From the UHGV virus genome UHGV-0086135: a stretch of DNA of 64,000 nt; one strand, given 5' to 3'. Made by a program: the position numbers and the translations under genes. Source of the DNA: a virus. Of the stretch, positions 1 to 8,687 are shown in pieces; position 1 is the stretch's first letter; each line of letters opens with the position of its first letter. Under the pieces are notes generated by a model, which saw nothing but the letters and a program-made list of their open reading frames with translations, did not search any database and was not told where the DNA came from.

Positions 1-65
1 TTAACTCTCTGACTCCGGAACAGCAGCGCGACGTTATCGCTCGTACCTTTACTGAGAGCTTGTAA
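1..65 (+). CDS. C-terminal fragment of upstream CDS (hypothetical, vs-locus)
   Basis: Open frame entering from window edge; stop TAA 63-65 overlaps next start (TAATG). Confidence 0.3.
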   Translation, partial: NSLTPEQQRDVIARTFTESL

Positions 66-286
66 TGGCAAAGATAATTATTGAAGGTTCTAAAGATGTG
101 TTAAATGCTTTCGCCGAGTGGTTTAGTAATTCAGGCGAACAGCAATTTAATGAAGCGTGGAATATGGGTGATATTAGTGGAATTTATCCTACGACAGAAA
201 TTTCTGTTCAAGGATATGGCATTCATGAACCTATTCGTTTAGTTGAATATGATTTATGTACTGGCGAGGAAGTCAAATATGATTGA
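65..286 (+). CDS. hypothetical small protein (vs-locus), 73 aa
   Basis: ORF packed head-to-tail with neighbours upstream of regB. Confidence 0.5.
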   Translation: MAKIIIEGSKDVLNAFAEWFSNSGEQQFNEAWNMGDISGIYPTTEISVQGYGIHEPIRLVEYDLCTGEEVKYD

Positions 287-545
287 AGACATTAAGGGTT
301 ATAAGCCACATACTGAAGAGAAAATCGGTAAAGTGAATGCAATCAAAGATGCTGAAGTTCGTTTAGGACTTATCTTTGACGCTTTATATGATGAATTCTG
401 GGAAGCACTAGATAATTGTGAAGACTGTGAATTCGCGAAGAATTATGCTGAAAGCCTCGATCAGTTAACTATTGCTAAAACGAAACTCAAAGAAGCCAGT
501 ATGTGGGCTTGTCGTGCTGTGTTCCAACCAGAGGAAAAATATTAA
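279..545 (+). CDS. hypothetical small helical protein, 88 aa; occupies the vs.4 position (possible Acb2-like sponge, unverified)
   Basis: ATG 279 with GAGG 9 nt upstream, overlaps stop of previous ORF; second ORF upstream of regB. Confidence 0.45.
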   Translation: MIEDIKGYKPHTEEKIGKVNAIKDAEVRLGLIFDALYDEFWEALDNCEDCEFAKNYAESLDQLTIAKTKLKEASMWACRAVFQPEEKY

Positions 546-823
546 TGGCTCAATTAAGCGCAGGGTTTGGTTATGAGTATTATACTGCCCCTCGTCGTGT
601 ATCTGTTGCTCCTAAGAAAATTCAAAGTCTTGATGACTTCCAAGAAGTAGTCCGTAAAGCTTTCCAGGACTATGCACGTTATCTTAAAGAAGATTCACAG
701 GACTGTCTCGAAGAAGATGAAATTGCTTACTATGAGCAGCGTCTTGAGCAGCTTAAAAACCTACATGAGGTCCGTGCAGAAGTTTCAAAGTCTATGAATA
801 AATTGATTAGATTTAAAGAATAA
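545..823 (+). CDS. hypothetical small protein, 92 aa (vs.3 position)
   Basis: ATG overlapping previous stop (TAATG); acidic helical product. Confidence 0.45.
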   Translation: MAQLSAGFGYEYYTAPRRVSVAPKKIQSLDDFQEVVRKAFQDYARYLKEDSQDCLEEDEIAYYEQRLEQLKNLHEVRAEVSKSMNKLIRFKE

Positions 824-825
824 CT

Positions 826-855
826 GTTTACTTTTCCTCTTGACTGTGGTATAAT
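826..855 (+). promoter_or_regulatory. T4-type early promoter (GTTTAC 826-831, TATAAT 850-855)
   Basis: -35/-10 hexamers with 18 bp spacer upstream of regB. Confidence 0.6.
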
Positions 856-882
856 TTTTCTATCAGTTAAGAGGAGAATAAC

Positions 883-1344
883 ATGACTATCAACACAGAA
901 GTTTTTATCCGTCGAAATAAGCTTCGTCGTCACTTTGAGTCGGAGTTTCGTCAAATTAACAATGAGATTCGTGAGGCATCAAAAGCAGCAGGGGTCTCAT
1001 CGTTTCATCTAAAATATTCTCAGCATCTTCTTGATCGTGCAATTCAACGGGAGATTGATGAGACATATGTTTTTGAATTATTCCACAAAATAAAAGACCA
1101 TGTTTTAGAAGTTAATGAATTCCTGAGTATGCCTCCGCGTCCTGACATTGACGAGGATTTTATTGATGGGGTTGAATACCGTCCTGGACGTTTAGAAATC
1201 ACAGATGGAAATCTTTGGCTTGGATTTACAGTTTGTAAACCTAATGCGAAGTTCAAAGACCCGTCGCTTCAATGCAGGATGGCAATTATCAACAGTCGTC
1301 GTTTACCAGGAAAGGCTTCTAAAGCAGTAATTAAAACTCAATGA
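883..1344 (+). CDS. regB: RegB site-specific endoribonuclease
   Basis: 153 aa; sequence MTINTEVFIRRNKLRRHFESEF... matches my recollection of T4 RegB. Confidence 0.9.
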   Translation: MTINTEVFIRRNKLRRHFESEFRQINNEIREASKAAGVSSFHLKYSQHLLDRAIQREIDETYVFELFHKIKDHVLEVNEFLSMPPRPDIDEDFIDGVEYRPGRLEITDGNLWLGFTVCKPNAKFKDPSLQCRMAIINSRRLPGKASKAVIKTQ

Positions 1345-1351
1345 GGTAAGC

Positions 1352-1897
1352 ATGAGAAAAGCACTACTCGCTGGTCTATTGGCCATTTCAATGATGGCGC
1401 ATAGCTCCGAGCATACTTTCAGTAATGTCCAACTCGATAACATGCGTTACGCGTATCAATTCGGGGAACAATTTTCTAAGGATGGAAAATATAAAACACA
1501 CAAAAATATCCACAAGAGCGGATTAGGTCATATAATGGCTGCTATTTTATGGCAAGAAAGCTCTGCCGGAGTTAATTTAAAATCTAAACCAAAGCATCAT
1601 GCCTATGGAATGTTCCAAAATTATTTGCCTACTATGCGAGCAAGAGTTAAGGAACTTGGTTATAATATGACCGATGCTGAAATAAAAAGAATGTTGAATA
1701 AACGGTCCAATTCAGCTTCCTGGGCGTACATTGAACTTTCTTATTGGTTAAATATACATAAGGGCGATATAAGAAAGGCGATATCCTCTTATAATTCGGG
1801 ATGGAATGTTAAAGCAGGTTCTAAATATGCTTCTGAAGTCCTAGAAAAGGCTAATTACCTTAAAAATAATAAACTTTTGGAAATAGTAAATGACTAA
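1352..1897 (+). CDS. secreted protein with lytic-transglycosylase-like motif (vs.1 position)
   Basis: N-terminal signal peptide; ILWQESSAG...YGMFQN resembles SLT ES...GLMQ motif. Confidence 0.55.
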   Translation: MRKALLAGLLAISMMAHSSEHTFSNVQLDNMRYAYQFGEQFSKDGKYKTHKNIHKSGLGHIMAAILWQESSAGVNLKSKPKHHAYGMFQNYLPTMRARVKELGYNMTDAEIKRMLNKRSNSASWAYIELSYWLNIHKGDIRKAISSYNSGWNVKAGSKYASEVLEKANYLKNNKLLEIVND

Positions 1898-2231
1898 AAT
1901 TTTGGTTTTATGTATAGGATTAATTTCATTTTCTGTGTTAGCAGATACATCATATACTGAAATTAGAGAGTATGTAAACCGTACTGCCGCGGATTATTGT
2001 GGGAAAAATAAAGCATGCCAAGCTGAATTTGCGCAGAAATTAATATATGCATATAAAGACGGAGAAAGAGATAAATCAAGCAGATATAAAAATGATACAT
2101 TGTTAAAACGATATGCTAAAAAGTGGAATACCTTAGAATGTTCAGTTGCGGAGGAGAAAGATAAAGCCGCTTGTCATTCAATGGTTGACCGTTTAGTAGA
2201 TTCTTATAATCGAGGATTGAGTACTAGATGA
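1890..2231 (+). CDS. small secreted protein, 113 aa (vs position)
   Basis: Signal peptide MTKILVLCIGLISFSVLA; several Cys. Confidence 0.5.
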   Translation: MTKILVLCIGLISFSVLADTSYTEIREYVNRTAADYCGKNKACQAEFAQKLIYAYKDGERDKSSRYKNDTLLKRYAKKWNTLECSVAEEKDKAACHSMVDRLVDSYNRGLSTR

Positions 2232-2707
2232 TTGTAAAATATATCAAGGGCGATATTGTCGCCCTATTTCTTCAAGGTAATATTATTGCGCACGGGTGCA
2301 ATTGCTTTCACACAATGGGCTCTGGCGTAGCAGGTCAATTAGCAAGAGCCTATCCCAAAATTTTAGAAATAGATAAAACCACTACCGAGTACGGTTCTCG
2401 TGATAAATTAGGTGATATGTCTATTGTTTTTAAACATAGCCCTACGGGATTTGGTATATGCTATAACCTGTATACGCAATACGAACCGGGTCCTAATCTT
2501 GATTATGGTGCTTTAGTAAACTGCATGATAGAATTAAATCTACAGGCAGAAACCCTTTTGTTTAAACCAGTAATTTACATTCCACGTATAGGTTGCGGTA
2601 TTGCTGGCGGCGATTGGGATAAGGTTTCTAAATTAATCGACATGTTTACTCCTGATATTGATTTAATAGTGGTGGATTATGAAAGTACATTACCCGCATC
2701 CGTTTGA
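2228..2707 (+). CDS. macro-domain protein (ADP-ribose binding/hydrolase fold), tk.4 position
   Basis: AHGCNC...MGSGVAGQLA...IGCGIAGG motifs typical of macro domains. Confidence 0.65.
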   Translation: MIVKYIKGDIVALFLQGNIIAHGCNCFHTMGSGVAGQLARAYPKILEIDKTTTEYGSRDKLGDMSIVFKHSPTGFGICYNLYTQYEPGPNLDYGALVNCMIELNLQAETLLFKPVIYIPRIGCGIAGGDWDKVSKLIDMFTPDIDLIVVDYESTLPASV

Positions 2708-2891
2708 TCCTAAAAACAAAGTGGAAATTATTCGTCAATGGGAACGCATTTGCCGTACTAAATGCCCAATTAATAGTCCACATGATGTAGATAAAGACTA
2801 TATTGGAACATTCGTTGAATATACCTTTATTGATAAGAAAGGTCGTAAACAACATGTAGAAGAATATTGTTTAAAGGTTACATGGTTATGA
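2679..2891 (+). CDS. hypothetical protein, 70 aa
   Basis: ORF in tk-upstream small-gene run. Confidence 0.4.
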   Translation: MKVHYPHPFDPKNKVEIIRQWERICRTKCPINSPHDVDKDYIGTFVEYTFIDKKGRKQHVEEYCLKVTWL

Positions 2892-3094
2892 GCCAAACTA
2901 GTATTCTTAAAAATGCCCACTGCGAAAAGTGTGAATGGCCAGTTGTTTTTGCTTTATGTAATGATGAAATGACTTGTGATTTCGATTATTGGTGCTATTG
3001 TTCTAATAAAGGATGCATCAATCATAAAGGTGAAGGATTTTATTCAGGATTTTATCCTTATCCTGATTTCGTTAAAGAAGGTAAACCGAAATGA
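2888..3094 (+). CDS. Cys-rich small protein, 68 aa
   Basis: ATG overlapping previous stop (ATGA); CxxC pairs. Confidence 0.4.
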   Translation: MSQTSILKNAHCEKCEWPVVFALCNDEMTCDFDYWCYCSNKGCINHKGEGFYSGFYPYPDFVKEGKPK

Positions 3095-3264
3095 ATAGTT
3101 CTGAGTTACAATATGAAGTGTTATGTGAGCTTGATAATTTAATTGAACTCGCTGTCAATAAAGGTTTTGCCATTGGAATCGGTCAAAAAGATACTGGTCA
3201 TTTAACTATGGAAATATTTAAGCAAAAGCGAATTATTTTAAAACTCCTGGAAATTAATATATGA
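3091..3264 (+). CDS. hypothetical small protein, 57 aa
   Basis: ATGA-coupled start; not in ORF track (<60 aa). Confidence 0.35.
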   Translation: MNSSELQYEVLCELDNLIELAVNKGFAIGIGQKDTGHLTMEIFKQKRIILKLLEINI

Positions 3265-3446
3265 GTCTGAGTAAAGAACAAAAAGATAAATTGTTTGAGC
3301 TTATCCATGAACTTCTAGATGAGCATACAGAAGCAAACACCTTTTATGATGAATACGGCCCGCTATCTCCCGATCAGCAAGAAGAATTTGCTGATCGGTT
3401 TGATAAGAAAGAAAACGAATTAATAGCTTATGTGAATACGCTTTAA
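3261..3446 (+). CDS. hypothetical protein, 61 aa
   Basis: ATGA-coupled ORF immediately upstream of tk. Confidence 0.4.
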   Translation: MSLSKEQKDKLFELIHELLDEHTEANTFYDEYGPLSPDQQEEFADRFDKKENELIAYVNTL

Positions 3447-3455
3447 GAAGGTGAT

Positions 3456-4037
3456 ATGGCGAGTTTAATTTTTACTTACGCAGCAATGAATGCTGGAAAA
3501 TCTGCTTCTCTTTTGACTGCTGCACATAATTATAAAGAACGCGGAATGGGTGTATTAGTTCTTAAGCCTGCTATTGATACTCGTGATTCTGTCTGTGAAG
3601 TCGTTTCTCGCATTGGAATTAAGCAGGAAGCGAATATTATTACGGATGATATGGATATTTTTGAGTTCTATAAATGGGCTGAAGCACAAAAAGATATTCA
3701 TTGTGTATTTGTAGATGAAGCTCAGTTTTTAAAAACTGAACAGGTGCATCAATTAAGCCGAATTGTTGATACATATAATGTTCCTGTTATGGCTTATGGT
3801 CTAAGGACTGATTTCGCTGGAAAATTATTTGAAGGTTCTAAAGAACTTTTGGCGATCGCAGATAAACTTATTGAACTAAAAGCAGTTTGTCATTGTGGTA
3901 AAAAAGCGATTATGACAGCTCGATTAATGGAAGATGGAACACCAGTTAAAGAAGGTAATCAAATCTGTATTGGTGATGAAATTTATGTTTCTTTGTGTAG
4001 AAAACATTGGAATGAATTAACTAAAAAGCTCGGTTAG
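3456..4037 (+). CDS. tk: thymidine kinase
   Basis: 193 aa; P-loop NAGKSASLL and C-terminal Zn-finger Cys pattern of TK. Confidence 0.95.
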   Translation: MASLIFTYAAMNAGKSASLLTAAHNYKERGMGVLVLKPAIDTRDSVCEVVSRIGIKQEANIITDDMDIFEFYKWAEAQKDIHCVFVDEAQFLKTEQVHQLSRIVDTYNVPVMAYGLRTDFAGKLFEGSKELLAIADKLIELKAVCHCGKKAIMTARLMEDGTPVKEGNQICIGDEIYVSLCRKHWNELTKKLG

Positions 4038-4046
4038 TGCAAAAGT

Positions 4047-4054
4047 TATAAATA
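4047..4054 (+). promoter_or_regulatory. T4 late-promoter motif TATAAATA
   Basis: Exact TATAAATA ~26 nt upstream of ORF 4080. Confidence 0.4.
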
Positions 4055-4079
4055 GGTTTATCTAACTAAAGGGGTATAT

Positions 4080-4292
4080 ATGCTACAATTAACTGAAAAG
4101 CAACTTCGCAATCTTACTGTTCTTCAATTAGATGAAATTCGTAGGGAAGTTGGAAATATCATTTCAGCTTTGCGTCGAGAAGTATCACTCAACCAATCTC
4201 CGGCAGACTATACTAGATTGCGAAATTTTGAAAAATACCTTGATAAAGTTAAGGCCGTGCATCGGCATAAAGTAAATACAGGACAAAAATGA
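4080..4292 (+). CDS. hypothetical protein, 70 aa (rI.-1 position)
   Basis: ORF with SD between tk and rI. Confidence 0.5.
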
Positions 4293-4304
4293 TAGGAGGC
4301 CTTT

Positions 4305-4598
4305 ATGGCCTTAAAAGCAACGGCACTATTTGCCATGCTAGGATTAGCGTTTGCTTTATCTCCACCAATTGAAGCGAATGTAGATCCTCATTTTGATAAA
4401 TTTATGGAATCTGGTATTAGACACGTTTATATGCTTTTTGAAAATAAAAGCGTAGAATCATCTGAACAGTTCTATAGTTTTATGCGAACGACCTATAAAA
4501 ATGACCCGTGCTCTTCCGATTTTGAATGTATAGAACGAGGCGCGGAGATGGCACAATCATACGCTAGAATTATGAACATTAAATTGGAGACTGAATGA
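4305..4598 (+). CDS. rI: lysis inhibition regulator rI
   Basis: 97 aa with N-terminal signal anchor; matches T4 rI size and sequence as I recall. Confidence 0.85.
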   Translation: MALKATALFAMLGLAFALSPPIEANVDPHFDKFMESGIRHVYMLFENKSVESSEQFYSFMRTTYKNDPCSSDFECIERGAEMAQSYARIMNIKLETE

Positions 4599-4981
4599 AA
4601 TTCAGCGACTTTTCACAAAGTGGAAAACCTTCAAAGGCAGATGAATACTTAGGTTTATTAATGGCTGCACAAGCTTATTTTCATTCTGCACATTTTGAAA
4701 CTAAAAGTTATGCTAGACACAAAGCATACGATTTTATTTTCTCTGAATTGCCAGATTTGATTGATAAATTTGGTGAGCAATATTTAGGGTATTCTGGTAG
4801 AAAATACACGCCTTCTATTCCAGATGCCAGTAAACTTCCTACCGATACAATTAAAATGATTGATCACATACTAGACCAATCTAACAGCATTTATAAAGAA
4901 ATGCCTCCAGCCATTCAAAGCACGATAGATGATATTACTGGGATGTTTTACCAGAGCAAATATCTTCTTTCCCTCGAATAA
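4595..4981 (+). CDS. hypothetical protein, 128 aa (rI.1 position)
   Basis: ATGA-coupled to rI. Confidence 0.5.
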   Translation: MKFSDFSQSGKPSKADEYLGLLMAAQAYFHSAHFETKSYARHKAYDFIFSELPDLIDKFGEQYLGYSGRKYTPSIPDASKLPTDTIKMIDHILDQSNSIYKEMPPAIQSTIDDITGMFYQSKYLLSLE

Positions 4982-4985
4982 CATT

Positions 4986-5008
4986 AGTCTCCTTCGGGAG
5001 ACTTTTTT
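4986..5008 (+). terminator. rho-independent terminator (UUCG-loop hairpin + T-run)
   Basis: agtctcc-ttcg-ggagact followed by ttttt. Confidence 0.7.
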
Positions 5009-5018
5009 CATTTTACCA

Positions 5019-5048
5019 GTTTACTTTCAATTTGAGCCGTGATACTAT
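5019..5048 (+). promoter_or_regulatory. T4-type early promoter
   Basis: GTTTAC 5019-5024, TACTAT 5043-5048. Confidence 0.55.
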
Positions 5049-5076
5049 ACAACCATCGGATAAAGAGGAGAACATC

Positions 5077-5265
5077 ATGAAAATTGAAGCACTCAATCAA
5101 GAAGGAAATATCTACGTCATCATTAATGGTGATTTTTTCGTCGACATGGATGAAGTTACTAGTGAAGAACTTGTAGAACTTCTTAAGAAACGTTATGATA
5201 TGTGTGATGAAGCTGCAACTCATATGGCGTGTGCAATATTCTCTCTTTCATATGTGGTGGAATAA
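5077..5265 (+). CDS. hypothetical protein, 62 aa
   Basis: ATG with AAGAGGAG SD. Confidence 0.5.
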   Translation: MKIEALNQEGNIYVIINGDFFVDMDEVTSEELVELLKKRYDMCDEAATHMACAIFSLSYVVE

Positions 5266-5468
5266 TGACTAGAATTGAACAAGCAGATAAAATTAAAGAA
5301 TTGGTAGCTTTAATTCGCAAAGCAGATGAGGAACTTAGTGACTTTGCTTGGTTTTCGGCAGGCATTGCAAATAAAGGTATTGAAAAATTTGAAGCTAAAG
5401 TTGATAATGCTGTAGAAGCTTTAGATATGTTTCTTGATGAAATTATCGATCATAATACGAGAGTTTAA
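5265..5468 (+). CDS. hypothetical protein, 67 aa
   Basis: TAATG-coupled start. Confidence 0.45.
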   Translation: MTRIEQADKIKELVALIRKADEELSDFAWFSAGIANKGIEKFEAKVDNAVEALDMFLDEIIDHNTRV

Positions 5469-5470
5469 GT

Positions 5471-5665
5471 ATGCTAACACGTGAACAGTTTGAAAAAATT
5501 ATTAAATTAGCACGTGATGTTGAAATAGATTCATATCAATTAGCAGTTGAGCATTGTGAAGGATACTCATACGATGGTATAGAAGCAGCTAAAAAGGATT
5601 TGGATAAATCCAAAGCTAAGTTAGTTCAATATCTTGAAATGATTAGGTGGAATAATGAAAACTGA
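5471..5665 (+). CDS. hypothetical protein, 64 aa
   Basis: ORF in small-gene run. Confidence 0.45.
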   Translation: MLTREQFEKIIKLARDVEIDSYQLAVEHCEGYSYDGIEAAKKDLDKSKAKLVQYLEMIRWNNEN

Positions 5666-5828
5666 AAAGCAGATGTTTTTAATGAAGCTAATTGAAGAAT
5701 ATGCTAATGCAGTTTCTGACTATGAGTATTCTGCTCGAGAAAGAGGTACAGCTTTCGCAAAGGAAGAAATGAAAATCATGGTTGATGCTCACACAAAGCT
5801 TCAGAATTTTATTGAAAACGTCATTTAA
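5655..5828 (+). CDS. hypothetical protein, 57 aa
   Basis: ATG overlapping previous ORF end; not in ORF track. Confidence 0.35.
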   Translation: MKTEKQMFLMKLIEEYANAVSDYEYSARERGTAFAKEEMKIMVDAHTKLQNFIENVI

Positions 5829-5830
5829 TG

Positions 5831-5860
5831 GTTTACAAGTTGGCAAGGTTATGATATAGT
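5831..5860 (+). promoter_or_regulatory. T4-type early promoter
   Basis: GTTTAC 5831-5836, TATAGT 5855-5860. Confidence 0.55.
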
Positions 5861-5888
5861 AATCTTGTCAACTGCCAAGGAGAAGAGA

Positions 5889-5993
5889 ATGAAAGTTTTG
5901 TTTGTTGTGTATGTGATGATTCAATATAATTATCCAATGTTTACTTATAATCTGGTGAACAACATTATTGATATTATTCAAAGGAGTATGTAA
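5889..5993 (+). CDS. short hydrophobic ORF, 34 aa (possible leader peptide)
   Basis: AAGGAG SD then ATG 5889; stop 2 nt before next start. Confidence 0.3.
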   Translation: MKVLFVVYVMIQYNYPMFTYNLVNNIIDIIQRSM

Positions 5994-5995
5994 TT

Positions 5996-6553
5996 GTGAG
6001 TGAGTCGAAGAGAATCATTATGAAACGATTAGTATTAGAAGTTAGTCCGCTTTTTGGCGAATTGGCTATAGAAAAAGTAAATAATATGTATCGTTTGACG
6101 CAAGAAGATGATATGCTATATTTTACTCCTAGCGAAATCATTCATTTAACCCAAATTGAATATCCTTATACTGATAAAATAGTAAGCATCAATGATGAGC
6201 ACAAAATTCATTTTTATTCTTCATGCCCAGGATTTAATATTAAAAGTGAGTCAATGTGTTTATCAGTTATCCATTGGGATAGTTTTATAGATAAGATTAA
6301 ATATTTTTATTATTCTAATGAAAGAAAACATAGTTTAAAATGGCTCAAAAATTGCAATGCTATTATTACTAACGCTTGCAATCAAAATGATGAAACTGTT
6401 TTAAATGTATCAAAATGTTATGAAGATGGAGATGTCTTAACTATTCGTCAAATTGATGATTTTCGATCGCATATTGTCACATTTACCAAAGACGAAGCTA
6501 TTGCGCTAAAGACTTATCTTGATTCTGTCATTCCAACTATGATTTCAAAGTGA
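5996..6553 (+). CDS. hypothetical protein, 185 aa (paralogue of next ORF)
   Basis: GTG start with AAGGAG SD; C-terminus resembles that of ORF 6560. Confidence 0.5.
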   Translation: MSESKRIIMKRLVLEVSPLFGELAIEKVNNMYRLTQEDDMLYFTPSEIIHLTQIEYPYTDKIVSINDEHKIHFYSSCPGFNIKSESMCLSVIHWDSFIDKIKYFYYSNERKHSLKWLKNCNAIITNACNQNDETVLNVSKCYEDGDVLTIRQIDDFRSHIVTFTKDEAIALKTYLDSVIPTMISK

Positions 6554-6559
6554 GGAAAT

Positions 6560-7081
6560 ATGTTTATTTCAAGTGAAAGTGGTTTAATTCGCGTTGAATT
6601 TAAAAATGACATCTTCTTTATTCAAGGAGATGATATTATTAAAATGAGTTATGATGAAATTAAGAAAATTTGTAATGCTCTTGAAAGTCATGGAAAAGTG
6701 AACGCTGTTATTGATATTGGTGATTTATGGGTGACACTTTATGAAGTATCCGAAGGATTTAACATTGAAGATGAAAACAACATCTTAGCTATTGATAAAA
6801 GAAGTGATTTGTTTGGTGTATTAAAAGTTTATGAACAGTCAAACGGTGGAAGAAAAGCTGTATTAGTTTATCAAAAACCACATTCATGTGGAACTGCTTC
6901 AATCATTTCAAATATTGAAGATGAAACTGATACTTATATGTGTGTTTTAAAAGCTGGTGGTGACCGTCATCCGGATTTTATTTCTATTCGTCAAAACAAT
7001 GGAGAAATTTCATTATCAAAATCAGAAGCTGAAGCTATGATTAAGTATTTAACAACTGTTACACCTTCAATGAAAGGATGA
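6560..7081 (+). CDS. hypothetical protein, 173 aa (paralogue of previous ORF)
   Basis: C-terminal KSEAEAMIKYLTTVTPSMKG vs TKDEAIALKTYLDSVIPTMISK. Confidence 0.5.
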   Translation: MFISSESGLIRVEFKNDIFFIQGDDIIKMSYDEIKKICNALESHGKVNAVIDIGDLWVTLYEVSEGFNIEDENNILAIDKRSDLFGVLKVYEQSNGGRKAVLVYQKPHSCGTASIISNIEDETDTYMCVLKAGGDRHPDFISIRQNNGEISLSKSEAEAMIKYLTTVTPSMKG

Positions 7082-7563
7082 TTATAATTATGATTATTAA
7101 TGAAAACTCTTGGCACTTTAAAATTTACTCGGCATTTAACAGCACATGGAATCGTCCAAAAACGTTATGTGCTTATTTTTGGAAAACGTTTCTCCCGGTA
7201 TTAGCGGTTTCAATTGTTGGATTTGCAACTTTAACAGGTGCTGCAATAATTGGCCAAGAAATTTTAATTAAATTCTTTGTCTTTAGTAGTCTATGGACAT
7301 TAATTCCAGCTTCAATTGGTATAGGCATTTTAGCATTATCGGTCATGGTTCTTATTGCTGTCGGGGCGGTAATTGGTCCTTCCTGGTTGTTAGACAAATA
7401 TAACGACCGAAAGCTCAATAAAGAAATTGAGCTCATTGTACAAAACGAAGAACGAATCAAAAATGGACTTGAGCCTATTCAACCCAAGAAATCTATTATC
7501 GTCGAATTTTTAAAAGCGCGTAAAGCTAAAGTATGTCCTGTTATTGAATATAAGGCTGAATGA
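7078..7563 (+). CDS. predicted membrane protein, 161 aa
   Basis: Two to three hydrophobic helices. Confidence 0.5.
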   Translation: MIIIMIINENSWHFKIYSAFNSTWNRPKTLCAYFWKTFLPVLAVSIVGFATLTGAAIIGQEILIKFFVFSSLWTLIPASIGIGILALSVMVLIAVGAVIGPSWLLDKYNDRKLNKEIELIVQNEERIKNGLEPIQPKKSIIVEFLKARKAKVCPVIEYKAE

Positions 7564-8573
7564 TGAAAACAGTAATGAAAAGCTATTTTGGTAGTCATCT
7601 TTATGGAACTTCTACTCCAGAATCTGATGTAGATTTTAAAGAAATCTTTGTTCCTCCTGCTCGTGATATTCTTATCGGAAATGTTAAAGAGCATATGAGT
7701 AAAAACACTAACAGCACATCATCTAAAAACACTAAAGATGATATTGACCATGAACTATACAGTCTTAAGTATTTCTTTAAATTAGCAGCAGATGGTGAAA
7801 CTGTAGCATTGGATATGCTCCACACTCCACCTGAACTGGTAGTTAAATCTGATTTGCCTGATGTATGGAAGTTTATTCAAGACAACCGTTCTCGTTTTTA
7901 TACGACTAACATGAAATCCTATTTAGGATATGTTCGCAAGCAAGCTTCTAAATACGGTGTTAAGGGTTCCCGTTTGGCCGCATTACGTGATGTATTGAAA
8001 GTAGTTAATCAAATCCCTGAGCAATGGGTTGATTACCAAGAAGACGGTTCCATTAAGCAGCGTCGAACTAAAGTTGAAGATATTAAGCATCGTCTTCCAG
8101 AGAACGAGTTCTGTGAATGGGTATTCCATAATCATGAGAAAACAGGTCCACAAACGTTCTACACTGTGTTGGGTCGTAAATATCAGACAACGCTTTCTCT
8201 TATCGAGCTTAAGCAATCTTTGAATAAACTTGATGCTGAATACGGCGAACGCGCTCGTAAGGCCGAAGCTAATGAGGGCATTGACTGGAAAGCTCTGAGT
8301 CATGCTTGCCGTGGTGGACTCCAACTATTGGAAATTTACAAAACTGGTGACTTAGTCTATCCACTTCAAGATGCTCCATTTATTCTCGACGTGAAGTTGG
8401 GTAAACATCCATTTAAAACTGTTCAAGAGTTTTTGGAAGATGTGGTCGATCAAGTAGAAGCAGCATCCATTGAAGCTTCTAAGAACGGTATGCAGCAAAA
8501 AGTAGACATGGGTTTCTGGGATGACTTCCTTGAGAGGGTTTATCTTGAAAACCACCGAAGTTATTATAAATGA
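7560..8573 (+). CDS. predicted pol-beta-superfamily nucleotidyltransferase-fold protein, 337 aa
   Basis: N-terminal GSHLYGTSTPESDVDF fits GS-x9-DxD signature. Confidence 0.5.
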   Translation: MMKTVMKSYFGSHLYGTSTPESDVDFKEIFVPPARDILIGNVKEHMSKNTNSTSSKNTKDDIDHELYSLKYFFKLAADGETVALDMLHTPPELVVKSDLPDVWKFIQDNRSRFYTTNMKSYLGYVRKQASKYGVKGSRLAALRDVLKVVNQIPEQWVDYQEDGSIKQRRTKVEDIKHRLPENEFCEWVFHNHEKTGPQTFYTVLGRKYQTTLSLIELKQSLNKLDAEYGERARKAEANEGIDWKALSHACRGGLQLLEIYKTGDLVYPLQDAPFILDVKLGKHPFKTVQEFLEDVVDQVEAASIEASKNGMQQKVDMGFWDDFLERVYLENHRSYYK

Positions 8574-8575
8574 TA

Positions 8576-8599
8576 GGGAGCCTTCGGGCTCCCTTTTTT
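8576..8599 (+). terminator. rho-independent terminator
   Basis: gggagcc-ttcg-ggctccc + tttttt. Confidence 0.75.
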
Positions 8600-8623
8600 A
8601 TTTCAAAATTTTTTCACAAAACG

Positions 8624-8653
8624 GTTTACAAGCATAAAGCTTTATGGTACTAT
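8624..8653 (+). promoter_or_regulatory. T4-type early promoter with conserved leader cassette
   Basis: GTTTAC 8624-8629, TACTAT 8648-8653; downstream leader repeated at 36.3 kb and 63.6 kb. Confidence 0.6.
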
Positions 8654-8687
8654 ACAACTATCAACTGATACGGATTTGGGGAATAAA

